From an uncultured Puniceicoccaceae bacterium (lineage in GTDB: Bacteria > Verrucomicrobiota > Verrucomicrobiia > Opitutales > Oceanipulchritudinaceae), in the NCBI GenBank assembly GCA_963933835.1, contig CAWVVV010000005.1, positions 32,001-96,000 of the forward strand: DNA of 64,000 nt, in the 5' to 3' direction. Made by a program: the position numbers and the translations under genes. Below, in pieces: positions 9,243 to 20,041 of the stretch (the stretch's first letter is position 1; each line of letters begins with the position of its first letter). The notes beneath the pieces are model-generated. The model was not told the origin of the DNA and ran no database searches. It was given only the letters and a program-made list of their open reading frames with translations.

Positions 9243-11045
9243 CTAGTTAGTCGATTTGAGAATCTTGATAAAGGCATCCTGCGGGATCGAAACTTTACCG
9301 ATCTGTTTCATCCGCTTCTTACCTTCTTTTTGTTTGTCTAAGAGCTTACGCTTACGAGAAATATCACCGCCATAACACTTCGCGGTAACATCTTTACGCA
9401 TCGCACTGATCGTTTCGCGGGCGATGACATTGGCACCCACGGCCGCTTGAATCGCGACCTTGTAAAGCTGCTTAGGCAAAATCTCTTTGAGCTTCTCACA
9501 AAGCAGACGGCCTCGGGCCTCGGCTCGGTCCACATGCGAGATACTGGAAAAGGCATCGACCGGCTCTTGGTTCACCATGATATCGAGGCGAACAAGCTTC
9601 GAAGCCTCATATTCAGCCAACTCGTAGTCCATCGAACCGTAGCCACGGGTGATGCTCTTTAGGCGATCATTGAAATCAATGAGGATTTCATTCAACGGTA
9701 GGCGCGTGCGCAGGATAACCCGCGATTCGTCGACTGTTTCAGTCTCTTCAACAAAGCCGCGCTTCTCCATCACAAGAGCGAGCATGTCACCAATCGAAGT
9801 CGATGGGATGTGCAAGGTCGCGATGATCATCGGCTCTTTGATCTGCTCGATTTGGGAGGGATCGGGCAGGTGGACGGGGTTATCAACATCAATCCATTCG
9901 CCATCCGTTTTCTGCACTTCGTAGGAGACACTTGGATACGTCGAAATGATATCCAGATCGTATTCTCGACGAATGCGCTCCGTCACGATCTCCATGTGCA
10001 GGAGTCCGAGAAATCCGCATCGGAAGCCAAAGCCCAGTGCAACCGAGCTTTCTGATGTGTAAGTGAAGGCAGCATCATTGAGCCGCAGCTTCGCCATGCT
10101 CGCCTTCAGCTTCTCGTAATCCGAAGTATCGATTGGATAGATCCCCGAGAAGACCATTGGAACAACCTCCTTGTAACCGGGAAGCATTTCCTTCGCTGGG
10201 GCGGAAGCCTGCGTCAGGGTGTCACCGATCTTCATGTCGGAGAGCTCTTTGATCGTTGTCACAATGTAGCCCACCGAACCCGCATTGAGCTCGCCAATTG
10301 CCTTCATTGCAGGACTAAAAATCCCCACCTCTTTGACTTCAGTGAGGCGATGGTCACTCATCATGAGGACTTTGTCGCCACGTTTGAGACTGCCGCTGAA
10401 GACCCGCACATAGCAGATCACACCGCGATACGTATCGAAGACACTGTCAAAAACGAGCACGCGCGTGGCGTCATATTCCGACAAACGCGGCGCTGGCACC
10501 CTATTAATGATGGCGTCAAAAATCTCTGGAATTCCGATCCCAGACTTCGCACTCGCGAGGATCGCTTCGTCGCCCGGCATCGCGAGGACATCTTCAAGCT
10601 GGCGCCGCACGTGGGGGACATCCGCTCCTGGTAAATCGACCTTGTTGATCACCGAAATGACCTCGAGGTCTTGCTTTATCGCAAGGAGAGCATTCGCCAC
10701 CGTTTGTGCTTCGATGCCTTGAGCGGCATCGACGAGGAGCAAGACACCTTCACACGCTGCCAAACTCCGCGAGACTTCGTATGAAAAGTCCACGTGTCCC
10801 GGCGTATCGATGAGATTCAAGCGGTAGACTTGTCCATCGGGCGCGGTGTAAGAAAGCGTAACAGGGTGACTCTTAATCGTGATCCCGCGCTCGCGCTCAA
10901 GGTCCATTGAGTCGAGCAACTGCGCCTTCATGTTGCGCTGCTCGACCGTTTTGGTCACCTCGAGAAGTCGATCCGAGAGGGTCGTCTTCCCGTGATCGAT
11001 ATGAGCTATGATGCAAAAATTGCGTGAGTGCTGAATCTCAGCCAT
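9243..11045 (-). CDS. lepA: Elongation factor 4
   Basis: AHIDHGKTTL, ERERGITIK, DTPGHVDF, GFRCGFLGLLH and KCYGGDISRKRKLL. Confidence 0.98.
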   Translation of the reverse strand: MAEIQHSRNFCIIAHIDHGKTTLSDRLLEVTKTVEQRNMKAQLLDSMDLERERGITIKSHPVTLSYTAPDGQVYRLNLIDTPGHVDFSYEVSRSLAACEGVLLLVDAAQGIEAQTVANALLAIKQDLEVISVINKVDLPGADVPHVRRQLEDVLAMPGDEAILASAKSGIGIPEIFDAIINRVPAPRLSEYDATRVLVFDSVFDTYRGVICYVRVFSGSLKRGDKVLMMSDHRLTEVKEVGIFSPAMKAIGELNAGSVGYIVTTIKELSDMKIGDTLTQASAPAKEMLPGYKEVVPMVFSGIYPIDTSDYEKLKASMAKLRLNDAAFTYTSESSVALGFGFRCGFLGLLHMEIVTERIRREYDLDIISTYPSVSYEVQKTDGEWIDVDNPVHLPDPSQIEQIKEPMIIATLHIPSTSIGDMLALVMEKRGFVEETETVDESRVILRTRLPLNEILIDFNDRLKSITRGYGSMDYELAEYEASKLVRLDIMVNQEPVDAFSSISHVDRAEARGRLLCEKLKEILPKQLYKVAIQAAVGANVIARETISAMRKDVTAKCYGGDISRKRKLLDKQKEGKKRMKQIGKVSIPQDAFIKILKSTN

Positions 11046-11051
11046 TTAAAT

Positions 11052-11963
11052 TTAGTCTAAGGGTAGGTGTTCGAATTCTGACAAGCTCGTGATCTTCAAG
11101 CTGCGGTCGATCCGCCGAGTTAGACCACTGAGCACAGCACCAGGACCGCACTCGTAGAACTCAGTTATGCCGGATGCAGCAGCTGCCTGCATGCACTCTT
11201 CCCAGCGAACTGAGGAGACGACTTGCTTGGTCAGGTTCTCGCGGATTTCAGCAGGTGTAGTCACGGGAGCGGCCGTCACATTGGTAAAGACTGTCTTTGT
11301 CGGCGCACTGATGTCGGCCTTGGCGAGGTAGTCTGCAAATCGCGCCCGTGCAGATTCCATTAAACGACTGTGATAAGCCCCCGCTACAGTGAGTGGGATA
11401 ACGCGTTTGAAATCACCCGCTGCGTTTGCGGCTTCAACAGCAGTAGCAACTTTATCGGAAGCACCCGAGATGACGATCTGCCCAGGGCAGTTGAGGTTCG
11501 CCACGTCGATGTCGTGAGCTTCGACAAGCGCCCGCACTGCATCTGGTGATCCACCGATGATAGAGGCCATCGAGCCTTCGGTTGAGTCACAGGCTTCCTG
11601 CATCAGGCGGCCGCGCTCAGCGACGATCTTAAGCCCAGTCGCAAAATCAAAGGCACCCGCGGCAGCAAGAGCCGTCAGCTCACCCAAGCTAAGCCCAAGA
11701 CAGACCTTGAGGTCGTCGAGCTTGCCCGATTCCTCGAGCAGTTTGTAAATAACATAGCCATGAACATAGAGCGCGGGTTGACAGACCTTCGTCTCCGTCA
11801 ACGACTCCGCTGGCCCCTCAAAGCAAATCTTGGACAAGTTCCAGCCCAAGACGGCATCCGCCTCATCGTAGAGGGCACGCGCCGTCGCACTGTTTTCGTA
11901 CAGCGAACGCCCCATTCCAACTTGTTGGGTGCCTTGTCCACTAAAGAGCAATCCGATAGCCAT
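11052..11963 (-). CDS. fabD: Malonyl-CoA:ACP transacylase
   Basis: LFSGQGTQ, QPALY, GLSLGE (catalytic Ser), VAGAYHS and ECGPG. Start at MAIGLLF (11963). Confidence 0.95.
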   Translation of the reverse strand: MAIGLLFSGQGTQQVGMGRSLYENSATARALYDEADAVLGWNLSKICFEGPAESLTETKVCQPALYVHGYVIYKLLEESGKLDDLKVCLGLSLGELTALAAAGAFDFATGLKIVAERGRLMQEACDSTEGSMASIIGGSPDAVRALVEAHDIDVANLNCPGQIVISGASDKVATAVEAANAAGDFKRVIPLTVAGAYHSRLMESARARFADYLAKADISAPTKTVFTNVTAAPVTTPAEIRENLTKQVVSSVRWEECMQAAAASGITEFYECGPGAVLSGLTRRIDRSLKITSLSEFEHLPLD

Positions 11964-12290
11964 AAGGGGTGGAATAAAGACGGCCATTTTTCACTAAGCA
12001 ACCGGAAAGCAGAGATGCCGAAGAACACCCCTTCCGCCGCACTTATAAGGGAGATTTTCGTCGTGACCTGAACTGATCCACTCGTTTGCATAATAGCCCC
12101 ATCGATAATCCTCCCATCTTAAAACTAAAACCCCTCAAATCCCCACCAGATGCCATTACATCCTAATGCTGGAAAGCCCGTTTCAAAACGGGATCTGACA
12201 GATATCGTCGAACTGAGCGAATTGTTTCCTGAGCCCTTGTTCGCAATCCACATCGCACAAGAGGGAAATGATGACTTCCGATTCTAAAAG

Positions 12291-12947
12291 ATGCAACTCC
12301 ACTCCATTCAAATCGGGAAAGCTCAGACGCTAGGAGACCCTGATAAAGCGGCCTTTTTCAAGAAGACATGGTCAACGGGGATCTATAAGAGCGGGGTGAG
12401 TGGGCCTGTCGCGGTTGGACACGAGGGCATCGTCGGTGATGAGCAGGCTGACCTCACCGTGCATGGCGGTCCGGATAAGGCGCTGTGCGTGTATTCGCTC
12501 GATCACTACGCATATTGGAAAGCAGAACTGGGGCTAGAGTTTTCGCCTGGGGCCTTTGGGGAGAACCTTACAGTCGCTGATATCAACGAGTCCGACGTCT
12601 GTATCGGAGATATTTATCACGCCGGAACCGCTGTCTTTCAAGTAACCCAGCCCCGCCAGCCTTGCTGGAAACTAGCGCGCCGCTGGGAAGTAAAAGCCAT
12701 GCCCGCGCTCGTCCAAAAGACGGGGAAGACAGGCTGGTATTTCCGAGTTCTAGAAACTGGAAACCTGTCTGCTCCTGCCAAGCTGGAACGCTCCGCGAGA
12801 CCCCACCCAAACTGGACAGTCGCGCGTGCAAACGCAGTGATGCACGATCGCAAAACAGATTCTACTCAAACCAAAGAGCTCGCTCAGCTTGATGCCCTAT
12901 CAAAGTCGTGGCGTGAAAGCCTTCACAAGCGGCTCGGAAATAGATAG
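12291..12947 (+). CDS. MOSC-domain protein (YiiM-like, with 3-alpha domain)
   Basis: GDEQADLTVHGGPDKA, FGENLT, QPRQPCWKL and TGWYFRVL motifs. Confidence 0.9.
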   Translation: MQLHSIQIGKAQTLGDPDKAAFFKKTWSTGIYKSGVSGPVAVGHEGIVGDEQADLTVHGGPDKALCVYSLDHYAYWKAELGLEFSPGAFGENLTVADINESDVCIGDIYHAGTAVFQVTQPRQPCWKLARRWEVKAMPALVQKTGKTGWYFRVLETGNLSAPAKLERSARPHPNWTVARANAVMHDRKTDSTQTKELAQLDALSKSWRESLHKRLGNR

Positions 12948-13032
12948 CAGAGAACGGTCTAAAACTTTCTACTCCTTCGCCTCGCCTTTTCTCGACCTAT
13001 GTTCATTACCCTTAGTCATACACGGACCTGAT

Positions 13033-14076
13033 ATGTCGCTGATTGATCGATTGCACAGTATGCTGCAAAGGCACCCGAAACGCATCGTCTTCCCTGAAGG
13101 GTCAGACCCGCGCATCATTCAGGCTGCCCGCCAACTGGCTACGCGTCGCCTCGGCGCCCCTATTCTTCTTGGAGATCGGGCAGAGATCAAGCAGCGCGCT
13201 CAGCGTCTAGATATACGCCTCGATGGCATTCGAATTCTAGAACATGAGCGCAGTGATGATATGGAACTGTTCCTCCCGATGGTTGAGGCTCACCCCAAGC
13301 TCGGCGGACTGACTAAGGCTGAACAAGAAAAACTCCTCCTCAATCGTCACAACTTTGCCGCGCTCATGCTTTACAGCGGCAGTGCAGATGCCCTCGTGGC
13401 CGGCGCAACGATGAGCGCTTCGAGCGGACTGCGTTCCCTCTTCCGCCTCGTGCCACTCATCGATGGCGTTAAATCAGCCTCCTCGATGCTGATTTTAGAT
13501 CAGGAAAATCCAAATTTCGGTATGGGAGGTCTTCTCTTTCTCTCAGACTGCGGCGTCATCCCCGAGCCTACCACCGAGCAGCTTGCAGACATCGCACTGA
13601 CGACTGCACACACCGCCTATCATTTGACTGATGAGACCCCTCGGGTCGCCTTTTTGAGCTACGCGACGAACACCTCGAAACCCTCACACCCCTCGATTCT
13701 TAAAATCCGTGAAGCCGTCAAACTGACTAAAGAACGCGCGAAGGATTTGGACTACCCGATTGAAATCGATGGCGAATTTCAGCTTGATGCGGCCCTCAGC
13801 CCAACGGTTGCTGAACAAAAAGGGATAGCGGATAGCCCTGTTGCGGGACGCGCCAATGTTATCATCTTCCCCGACCTCAATAGTGGCAACATTGCCTCCA
13901 AGATGATTCAACTCGTGGCCGGCGCCCGCACCTACGGTCAGATCATCAGTGGACTTTCCCACCCCTGTGCTGAAATCAGCCGGGGTGCCCACGTCTACGA
14001 TATTTTTGGAACCGCCGTCATCGTAGCCTCCCAAGCTGTCGACCGCAGGCTCCTCCATCCCAAGCCCGCCGAGTAA
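13033..14076 (+). CDS. pta: Phosphate acetyltransferase (PTA_PTB catalytic domain only)
   Basis: KRIVFPEG, SDCGVIPEP, IDGEFQLDAA, IFPDLNSGNI and ISRG motifs. Start at ATG 13033 (MSLIDRL). Confidence 0.85.
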   Translation: MSLIDRLHSMLQRHPKRIVFPEGSDPRIIQAARQLATRRLGAPILLGDRAEIKQRAQRLDIRLDGIRILEHERSDDMELFLPMVEAHPKLGGLTKAEQEKLLLNRHNFAALMLYSGSADALVAGATMSASSGLRSLFRLVPLIDGVKSASSMLILDQENPNFGMGGLLFLSDCGVIPEPTTEQLADIALTTAHTAYHLTDETPRVAFLSYATNTSKPSHPSILKIREAVKLTKERAKDLDYPIEIDGEFQLDAALSPTVAEQKGIADSPVAGRANVIIFPDLNSGNIASKMIQLVAGARTYGQIISGLSHPCAEISRGAHVYDIFGTAVIVASQAVDRRLLHPKPAE

Positions 14077-14084
14077 TCATAGAA

Positions 14085-15224
14085 ATGGCTTCATCTACGG
14101 ACTTCCACACCGAACCGCTCAACCGCGAGATCCCACGCCTCTTCGTCGCCGCAACTCGCCAAAACGAGGGGAAAACGACGACATCGCTGGGTCTCTTCGC
14201 TGCGCTTCAGACGGTGTATCCAAAGGTTGGTTACATCAAACCTATCGGCCAACGCTTTATCGACATCGAGGGAATGAAAATCGACGAGGATTCCTACCTC
14301 TTCGACAAAATCTACAATCTCGAGGTTCCTATCCAGTCGATGAGTCCGGTCGCGATCGACTCGACCTTTACTCGCCGCTATCTCAAGAACCCTGACGAGA
14401 TCCATCCTACCCTCGTCGATAAGATCGTCCGTGCTTTTGACCGAGCGACCTTTGGCAAACAAGCCGTCATCGTCGAAGGATCAGGCCATGCCGGCGTCGG
14501 CGCGATTTGCGACCTCTCAAATGCGCAGGTGGCTAAGCTCCTTGGCGCAAAAGCAATCATCGTCGCACGGGGTGGCATCGGGATGCCGGTCGATGAAATC
14601 GCACTAAACAAATCACTTTTCGACAAGGAAGGCGTCGAGGTCGTCGGTGCAATTATCAACAAAGTCAAACACGACAAGATTGACGTCATTGAAGAGTATA
14701 CCCGCAAAGGCTTAGAGCGCCTTGGTGTTCCTCTGCTCGGCGTGATGCCCGAGCAAGAGCAGCTATCGAAGCCAAACCTATCACAAGTAGCAGAGGAACT
14801 CAATGGACGCTGGATCAATGGCGATCCCGAGGATGCGCACCCACGGCTAAAAAAGATAGTCGTCGGGGCAATGTCAGCACGTGGATTCATTGAACAATAT
14901 GGGGCAGGCGCGCTTATCATTACGCCAGGTGATCGTGACGACATCCTCCTCTCAATGATCGCCTCAGCCGCTGTTGTTGATCAGACACCCGCATCCGGCC
15001 TTGTCCTGACGAGCAATACCCTACCACACCCGAAGCTGATGGAGCTCTTAGCTAAAACTAATATGCCAGTCATCATCACGGAAGCCGACAGCTACACGAC
15101 AGCCTCTAAGATCAACCGCATGACGGTGAAAACGCAACCTGAGGACCAAGATAAGATCCCTCTGATCAAGCGTATGATTCTTGAAAACGTCGATCTTGAT
15201 AAAATCCTAAATGCATTCCGATAG
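14085..15224 (+). CDS. BioD-like AAA + DRTGG domain protein (Pta N-terminal regulatory module)
   Basis: P-loop EGKTT, GYIKPIG and VEGSGH; DRTGG-like ITPGDRDD. Confidence 0.85.
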   Translation: MASSTDFHTEPLNREIPRLFVAATRQNEGKTTTSLGLFAALQTVYPKVGYIKPIGQRFIDIEGMKIDEDSYLFDKIYNLEVPIQSMSPVAIDSTFTRRYLKNPDEIHPTLVDKIVRAFDRATFGKQAVIVEGSGHAGVGAICDLSNAQVAKLLGAKAIIVARGGIGMPVDEIALNKSLFDKEGVEVVGAIINKVKHDKIDVIEEYTRKGLERLGVPLLGVMPEQEQLSKPNLSQVAEELNGRWINGDPEDAHPRLKKIVVGAMSARGFIEQYGAGALIITPGDRDDILLSMIASAAVVDQTPASGLVLTSNTLPHPKLMELLAKTNMPVIITEADSYTTASKINRMTVKTQPEDQDKIPLIKRMILENVDLDKILNAFR

Positions 15225-15257
15225 CGTGCGCGCATCGAACCCCGTATCCATTTCTCT

Positions 15258-16652
15258 ATGACGCTCCAGCCTGCGTCCAATTTACCCAAGCACTGGCCTT
15301 CTCCCGCATACTCGGCCACTAAAGAGCTCGCCTCAAGAGTCGCCGACGAAGGGGGTCGCCTTCTTGTCGTGGGCGGAGCCGTCCGTGATGCGCTTCTAGG
15401 AAGCTCAAGCTCTGATCTCGATCTAGAACTCTTCGGATTGGACGAGAAACAGACTAGTTCGCTCCTCGCCGAGCACGGACGCTTTGTCTACGTCGGGCGG
15501 TCATTTCCTGTCTGGAAACACACCGCGCTTGAGATTGACGTGGCCCTCCCCCGCAAAGAGCGCTTAACGGGATCTCGCCATCAGGACTTTGAAATCGAAG
15601 TCACCCCAAACATCAGTTTCCGCGATGCTTCATTGCGTCGCGACTTCACCCTCAATGCGATCGGCTTTGATCCGCTCACCGAAGAGCTCCTTGACCCATG
15701 GGACGGGGCTAAAGATTTAGTGGCAAAAAAGCTCCGGCATGTCTCAGATAAATTTGCCGAAGACCCCCTCCGCGTCCTACGTGCAATGCAGTTTATCGCT
15801 AGGTTCAAACTCCAGTGCGAGAAGGCGACCCTCGAACTCTGCCGTTCACTTTCAAGCGAACACCTCCCTCGAGAGCGCGTCGGAGCTGAGTGGGAAAAAC
15901 TCCTCCTCCAAGGCGAAGAACCCTCACGCGGCCTCCGTTTTCTTCGCGACTGCGGATGGATCGACGATTACCCCGAGCTGAAGGCCTTGATCGATTGCCC
16001 CCAAGATCCGGAATGGCATCCCGAAGGTGATGTCTGGACGCATACGCTTCTCTGCCTTGATGCTACTGTTCCACTGCGAGCCGGAGTCCGCGATGACGAT
16101 CTTGTTACCGCCCTCGCTGTTCTCTGCCACGACCTCGGGAAAGCAACGCATACTGAACTCATCGATGGACGTTGGCGATCCCCCGGACACGAACACGCTG
16201 GTATCGAACCTACGGAATGCTTTCTCAATCGCTTAACGGGTGAACAGCGTATCACTGAAGCAGTGCTCCCACTCGTCGAAACCCACATGCGACCGTATCA
16301 GCTTTTTCAGACGAAAGCTGGCGACAGCGCAGTCCGTCGACTGTCGCTCAGAGCCAAACGCCTCGATTTACTCATTCGAGTATCGATGGCAGACGCTCGT
16401 GGACGCGGAGGACAAACGGACGACCCGTTTCCCGCAGGAACATGGCTAGAAGAACGGGCGCAGGCCCTCGAACTTTCAGACAGCGAACCAAAACCACTCG
16501 TTCTCGGTCGTCATCTCATCAAGCTCGGTTATAAGCCTGGCCCCGCAATGGGTGACCTTTTGGATGAGCTCTTCGAGCAACAGCTTGATGGCGTTTTCGA
16601 AACCACTGAAGCAGGAATCGATTACGCTAAGGCGCACCTTGTGAAGCCCTGA
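15258..16652 (+). CDS. cca: CCA-type tRNA nucleotidyltransferase with HD domain
   Basis: VGGAVRD, DLDLE, RRDFTLNA, EDPLRVLRAMQF, HPEGDVWTH and HDLGK. CCA- versus A-adding specificity is not resolved. Confidence 0.85.
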   Translation: MTLQPASNLPKHWPSPAYSATKELASRVADEGGRLLVVGGAVRDALLGSSSSDLDLELFGLDEKQTSSLLAEHGRFVYVGRSFPVWKHTALEIDVALPRKERLTGSRHQDFEIEVTPNISFRDASLRRDFTLNAIGFDPLTEELLDPWDGAKDLVAKKLRHVSDKFAEDPLRVLRAMQFIARFKLQCEKATLELCRSLSSEHLPRERVGAEWEKLLLQGEEPSRGLRFLRDCGWIDDYPELKALIDCPQDPEWHPEGDVWTHTLLCLDATVPLRAGVRDDDLVTALAVLCHDLGKATHTELIDGRWRSPGHEHAGIEPTECFLNRLTGEQRITEAVLPLVETHMRPYQLFQTKAGDSAVRRLSLRAKRLDLLIRVSMADARGRGGQTDDPFPAGTWLEERAQALELSDSEPKPLVLGRHLIKLGYKPGPAMGDLLDELFEQQLDGVFETTEAGIDYAKAHLVKP

Positions 16653-16656
16653 TCAG

Positions 16657-18460
16657 CTAATAGCTTCTAAGACCACAGCGCGGACTGAGGCTGCGCTCCT
16701 CGATGTATTGCTCAACAAGCTCTTCGAGGATATACAAAGGGACAGAACCATTCGTTAGCACGACTTCATGGAATTCTCGAATGTCGAAGTCGTCGCCTAG
16801 AGCCGCGCGCGATTTCTCTCGCAGCTCAAGAATCTTTATCATCCCGATTTTATAGGCTGTGGCCTGTGAGGGTATCACAATATGCCGCTCAACCATCTTC
16901 ACACACTGTCTTTCTTGGCTACCCGAATTTTCAACGTAGTAGGTGATCCCTTCCTCGCGAGTCCATTTCTTAGCATGAATTCCCGTATCAACGACTAAAC
17001 GACAGGCTCGAAACAGCTCCATCGACAAGCGCCCAAAGTCCGAGTAAGGATCTAAATACAATCCCATTTCTTTCGGCAAATACTCACTGTAAAGTCCCCA
17101 GCCTTCACTATAGGCAGTGTATCCACCGTTGGTTCGAAACTTCGGCAAGTCATCAAGCTCCATAGCAATCGACAGTTGCATGTGATGCCCAGGAATAGCT
17201 TCGTGATAAGCTAAGGCCTCCAACTCGTATTTCGCCATGCTCTTCATGTCATAAAGATTTGCATAGTAGATCCCTGGGCGACTGCCATCAACGGCCGCAC
17301 GTTGATAGAAAGCGAGACCCGCCGTTTTCTCACGAAAGGCCTCAACTCGCTTCACCTTAAGCTCAGCTTTGGGCAGGGCAACAAAAAGCGTATCGAGCAG
17401 ACCTCTCATTTCATCCACAACGGCATGCGTTCGCTCTAAATAGGCGTCCCTTCCAGCATCCGAATCATCGTAATAAAATTGTTCATCATTTTTCGTGAAT
17501 TCGAAGAAAGCCTGTAGGTCCCCTTCAAATTCAACACGTGTCATCAATGCGCGAATCTCATCATGTATGCGAGACACCTCATCCAAGCCTAGTTGATGAA
17601 TCCCGTCCGCGGTCATATCGGTCGTCGTCGTCAGACTTCCAAGCCCCTGACTCATCTGTCGCCCGGAGCGATTGCTCTTCGAGGAAAGCGATGAGGCTTT
17701 CATAGGCTGGCTTCACACTATTTATCAACGCCTCTTTTGCTCTCTCCAGAAGAGCTGCTGAAACTTCTAGATCAAGATCGAGAGCAGCTACTTTTTCTTT
17801 AAAATCGACAAGCAGAGCGCACTCAGTCGCTCCTGTCTCAAAAGGCACACCACTGATTATATTATGGCAGGCATCCAGTGCGTGGGGGAAGACAAAGCGA
17901 GGAGGAAGGATGCCCATGCCTTCCCGTATTTTCAGTCCCTCAATTTTCTGCGCAAAAACCTCATCGAGCTTCGAGAGCCGCGATATGTATGCCTCCGCAT
18001 CGCTCAAGTCGGTCACTAAATGGGTGTTGATCAAGAAGGCTGGTTTCCCTGAGTGAAAGCCAAACATTTGATTAACTGGGTAGTTGTAATGCCGGTATTT
18101 AAAATTCCGAATACGGTCCTCGTAATTCTTCTTCGCCATTCGGTAACTGATCTGAGTCTGAGGATCGAGGAGATCATAATCGATCGTCTCTAAGAGCTCT
18201 TTGAATTCCCCCTTTTGTTGCTCGAATCGTTCTAAACTCGCCTCTTCCGAATAATCATTCCACGCGCCGTAGTCCTTCTTAATCCCCAGATAACTTTGCC
18301 ACTCAGGATAGCGATCTACGCCTTCATTATATGTTTTTTCAAAGAAGGCGTTCGCTTTTTTCGACTCAGCCTCAACCGATGGGTCCAAAACATCTGCACC
18401 ATTCGAAGTGAGACAACTAAAGAGCAGAATCAGGGGCGCGATCTGGCAGATTTTTTTTAT
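16657..18460 (-). pseudogene. DUF885 family secreted protein, frameshifted
   Basis: The N-terminal part (frame of ORF 17579-18604) and C-terminal part (YHEAIPGHHMQ, YSEGWGLYSE, RLVVDTGIH, PSQATAYKIG) are in different frames, joined near 17635. The signal-like N-terminus begins with ATA (18458-18460) instead of ATG. Confidence 0.85.
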
Positions 18461-18568
18461 CAGAAAAGGTCTTATCTCACGAGGGCACGCTACTATAGTT
18501 CCGTGCAGGGACTCATCATTCAAAATTGAAATTATGCGGTCAGCCCTCTTATGCGATAATGAAAAAAG

Positions 18569-18961
18569 TCTGGCCGCGGTGTCGGGATGGACGTTGTGAA
18601 ACAAAACATAGAGTCGATGAGAGGCGTCGTCTCAGTCGAGTCTACGATCGGTAAAGGCACCATTTTCAAAATCAAACTTCCTCTCACAACTGCCATCATT
18701 GACGGACTCATCGTCCGCGTCGGTGAGGACAAATTCATCATCCCGACCCACACTGTGCAGGTCACACTTCGCCCGAAAGCAAAGCAGCTCACGCGCACCG
18801 CAAATCAGCGGGAGATGATCAACAAACAAGAAGTCGTGATCAAACCCCTTGGCGACATCGTGGGTGAACTTCAAGGCATCGCAGGCGGCGCCATCCTAGG
18901 GGACGGCTCCATCGCCCTCATTCTCGACCCTGCAGCATTAGTGCAGCAGGACGTCGCGTGA
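18569..18961 (+). pseudogene. cheA: cheA relic (end of HATPase domain plus internally deleted CheW-like domain)
   Basis: SGRGVGMDVVK...GKGTIFKIKLPLT-AIIDGL and KQEVVIKPL...IAGGAILGDGSIALILD. No HPt, dimerisation or most of the kinase domain is present upstream. Confidence 0.88.
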
Positions 18962-18984
18962 GCGAGGGTTCTGCTCGCCTGACT

Positions 18985-19977
18985 CTAGCGACTCCACTCC
19001 AGCATCCGATTAATCGAATGTGAGGCGGGTTCGCGGAGGGACTCTTTCATCTCGATCGCAGGTGCCAAATTTTTCAGGGCGTCGCGCATCTTCTCGAGGG
19101 TGTTCATCTTCATGAAGCGACAGTCATTGCAGGCACAGGTTTCAGTTGGACCAGCGATGAAGCGTTTGTTCGGAAACTCTTTTTGCAGGCGGCGAATCAT
19201 CCCTGTCTCGGTCACGACGATGATCGTGTCAGATGGCGTCTCGCCGCAGAACTTGATCATCTTCTCTGTGCTGCAGACTTCATCAGCAAGATCGCGCACC
19301 GACTCGGTGCACTCGGGGTGAGCCACCATTGGAGCTCCAGGGAACTTGTTCCGCAGCTTGGTTAATTCGTCCGCTGAGAAGAGCACATGAGCGTAACAGC
19401 TTCCAGGCCAGAGCTTCATCTTGCGACCCGTCTGGCGTGCAACCCATGCCCCAAGGTTTTGATCCGGAACAAACAAGATCTCTTTATCCGCCGGAACCCG
19501 CTCGACGATTTTCACGGCGTTGCCGCTCGTGCAAATGACATCAGCAAGTGCCTTCACCCCTGCTGAGCAATTGATGTAAGAGACGACGTAGAGGTCGGGA
19601 TTCTTTTCCAAATACGCCTTTAGCTTCTCTGGCGGGCAGCTATCAGAAAGCGAACATCCCGCATCGGCGTCCGGTAAAATAACCGTCTTCCCCGGATTCA
19701 CGATCTTGGCCGTCTCAGCCATGAAGTGCACGCCGCAAAAGAGAATCACATCCTCCTTTGCTTCAGCAGCCGCATAGGCGAGCCCGAGCGAATCGCCCAA
19801 GTAATCGGCGATGCGCTGGATCGGCTCGATCTGGTAATTGTGGGCGAGGATGATGGCGTTCTTCTCTTTCTTGAGCGCCAGAATTTCTTCCTGCAACGCA
19901 CTGAGCGGGCGATCGCCCTGTTCGCTCAGGGGATTGAAGACCATCGGTTCAAAACTTAACTCGGCAGATGTAGCCAT
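18985..19977 (-). CDS. nadA: Quinolinate synthase
   Basis: ILAHNYQ, GDSLGL, FCGVHFMAETAK, AGCSL, AHPEC and CRFMK motifs. Confidence 0.96.
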   Translation of the reverse strand: MATSAELSFEPMVFNPLSEQGDRPLSALQEEILALKKEKNAIILAHNYQIEPIQRIADYLGDSLGLAYAAAEAKEDVILFCGVHFMAETAKIVNPGKTVILPDADAGCSLSDSCPPEKLKAYLEKNPDLYVVSYINCSAGVKALADVICTSGNAVKIVERVPADKEILFVPDQNLGAWVARQTGRKMKLWPGSCYAHVLFSADELTKLRNKFPGAPMVAHPECTESVRDLADEVCSTEKMIKFCGETPSDTIIVVTETGMIRRLQKEFPNKRFIAGPTETCACNDCRFMKMNTLEKMRDALKNLAPAIEMKESLREPASHSINRMLEWSR

Positions 19978-20041
19978 TTTGCGAACCTAGCTTGAGTGCC
20001 TTGTCGGTCAACTCCGCGCTGAGGAATTGTCGCCCCAGACG

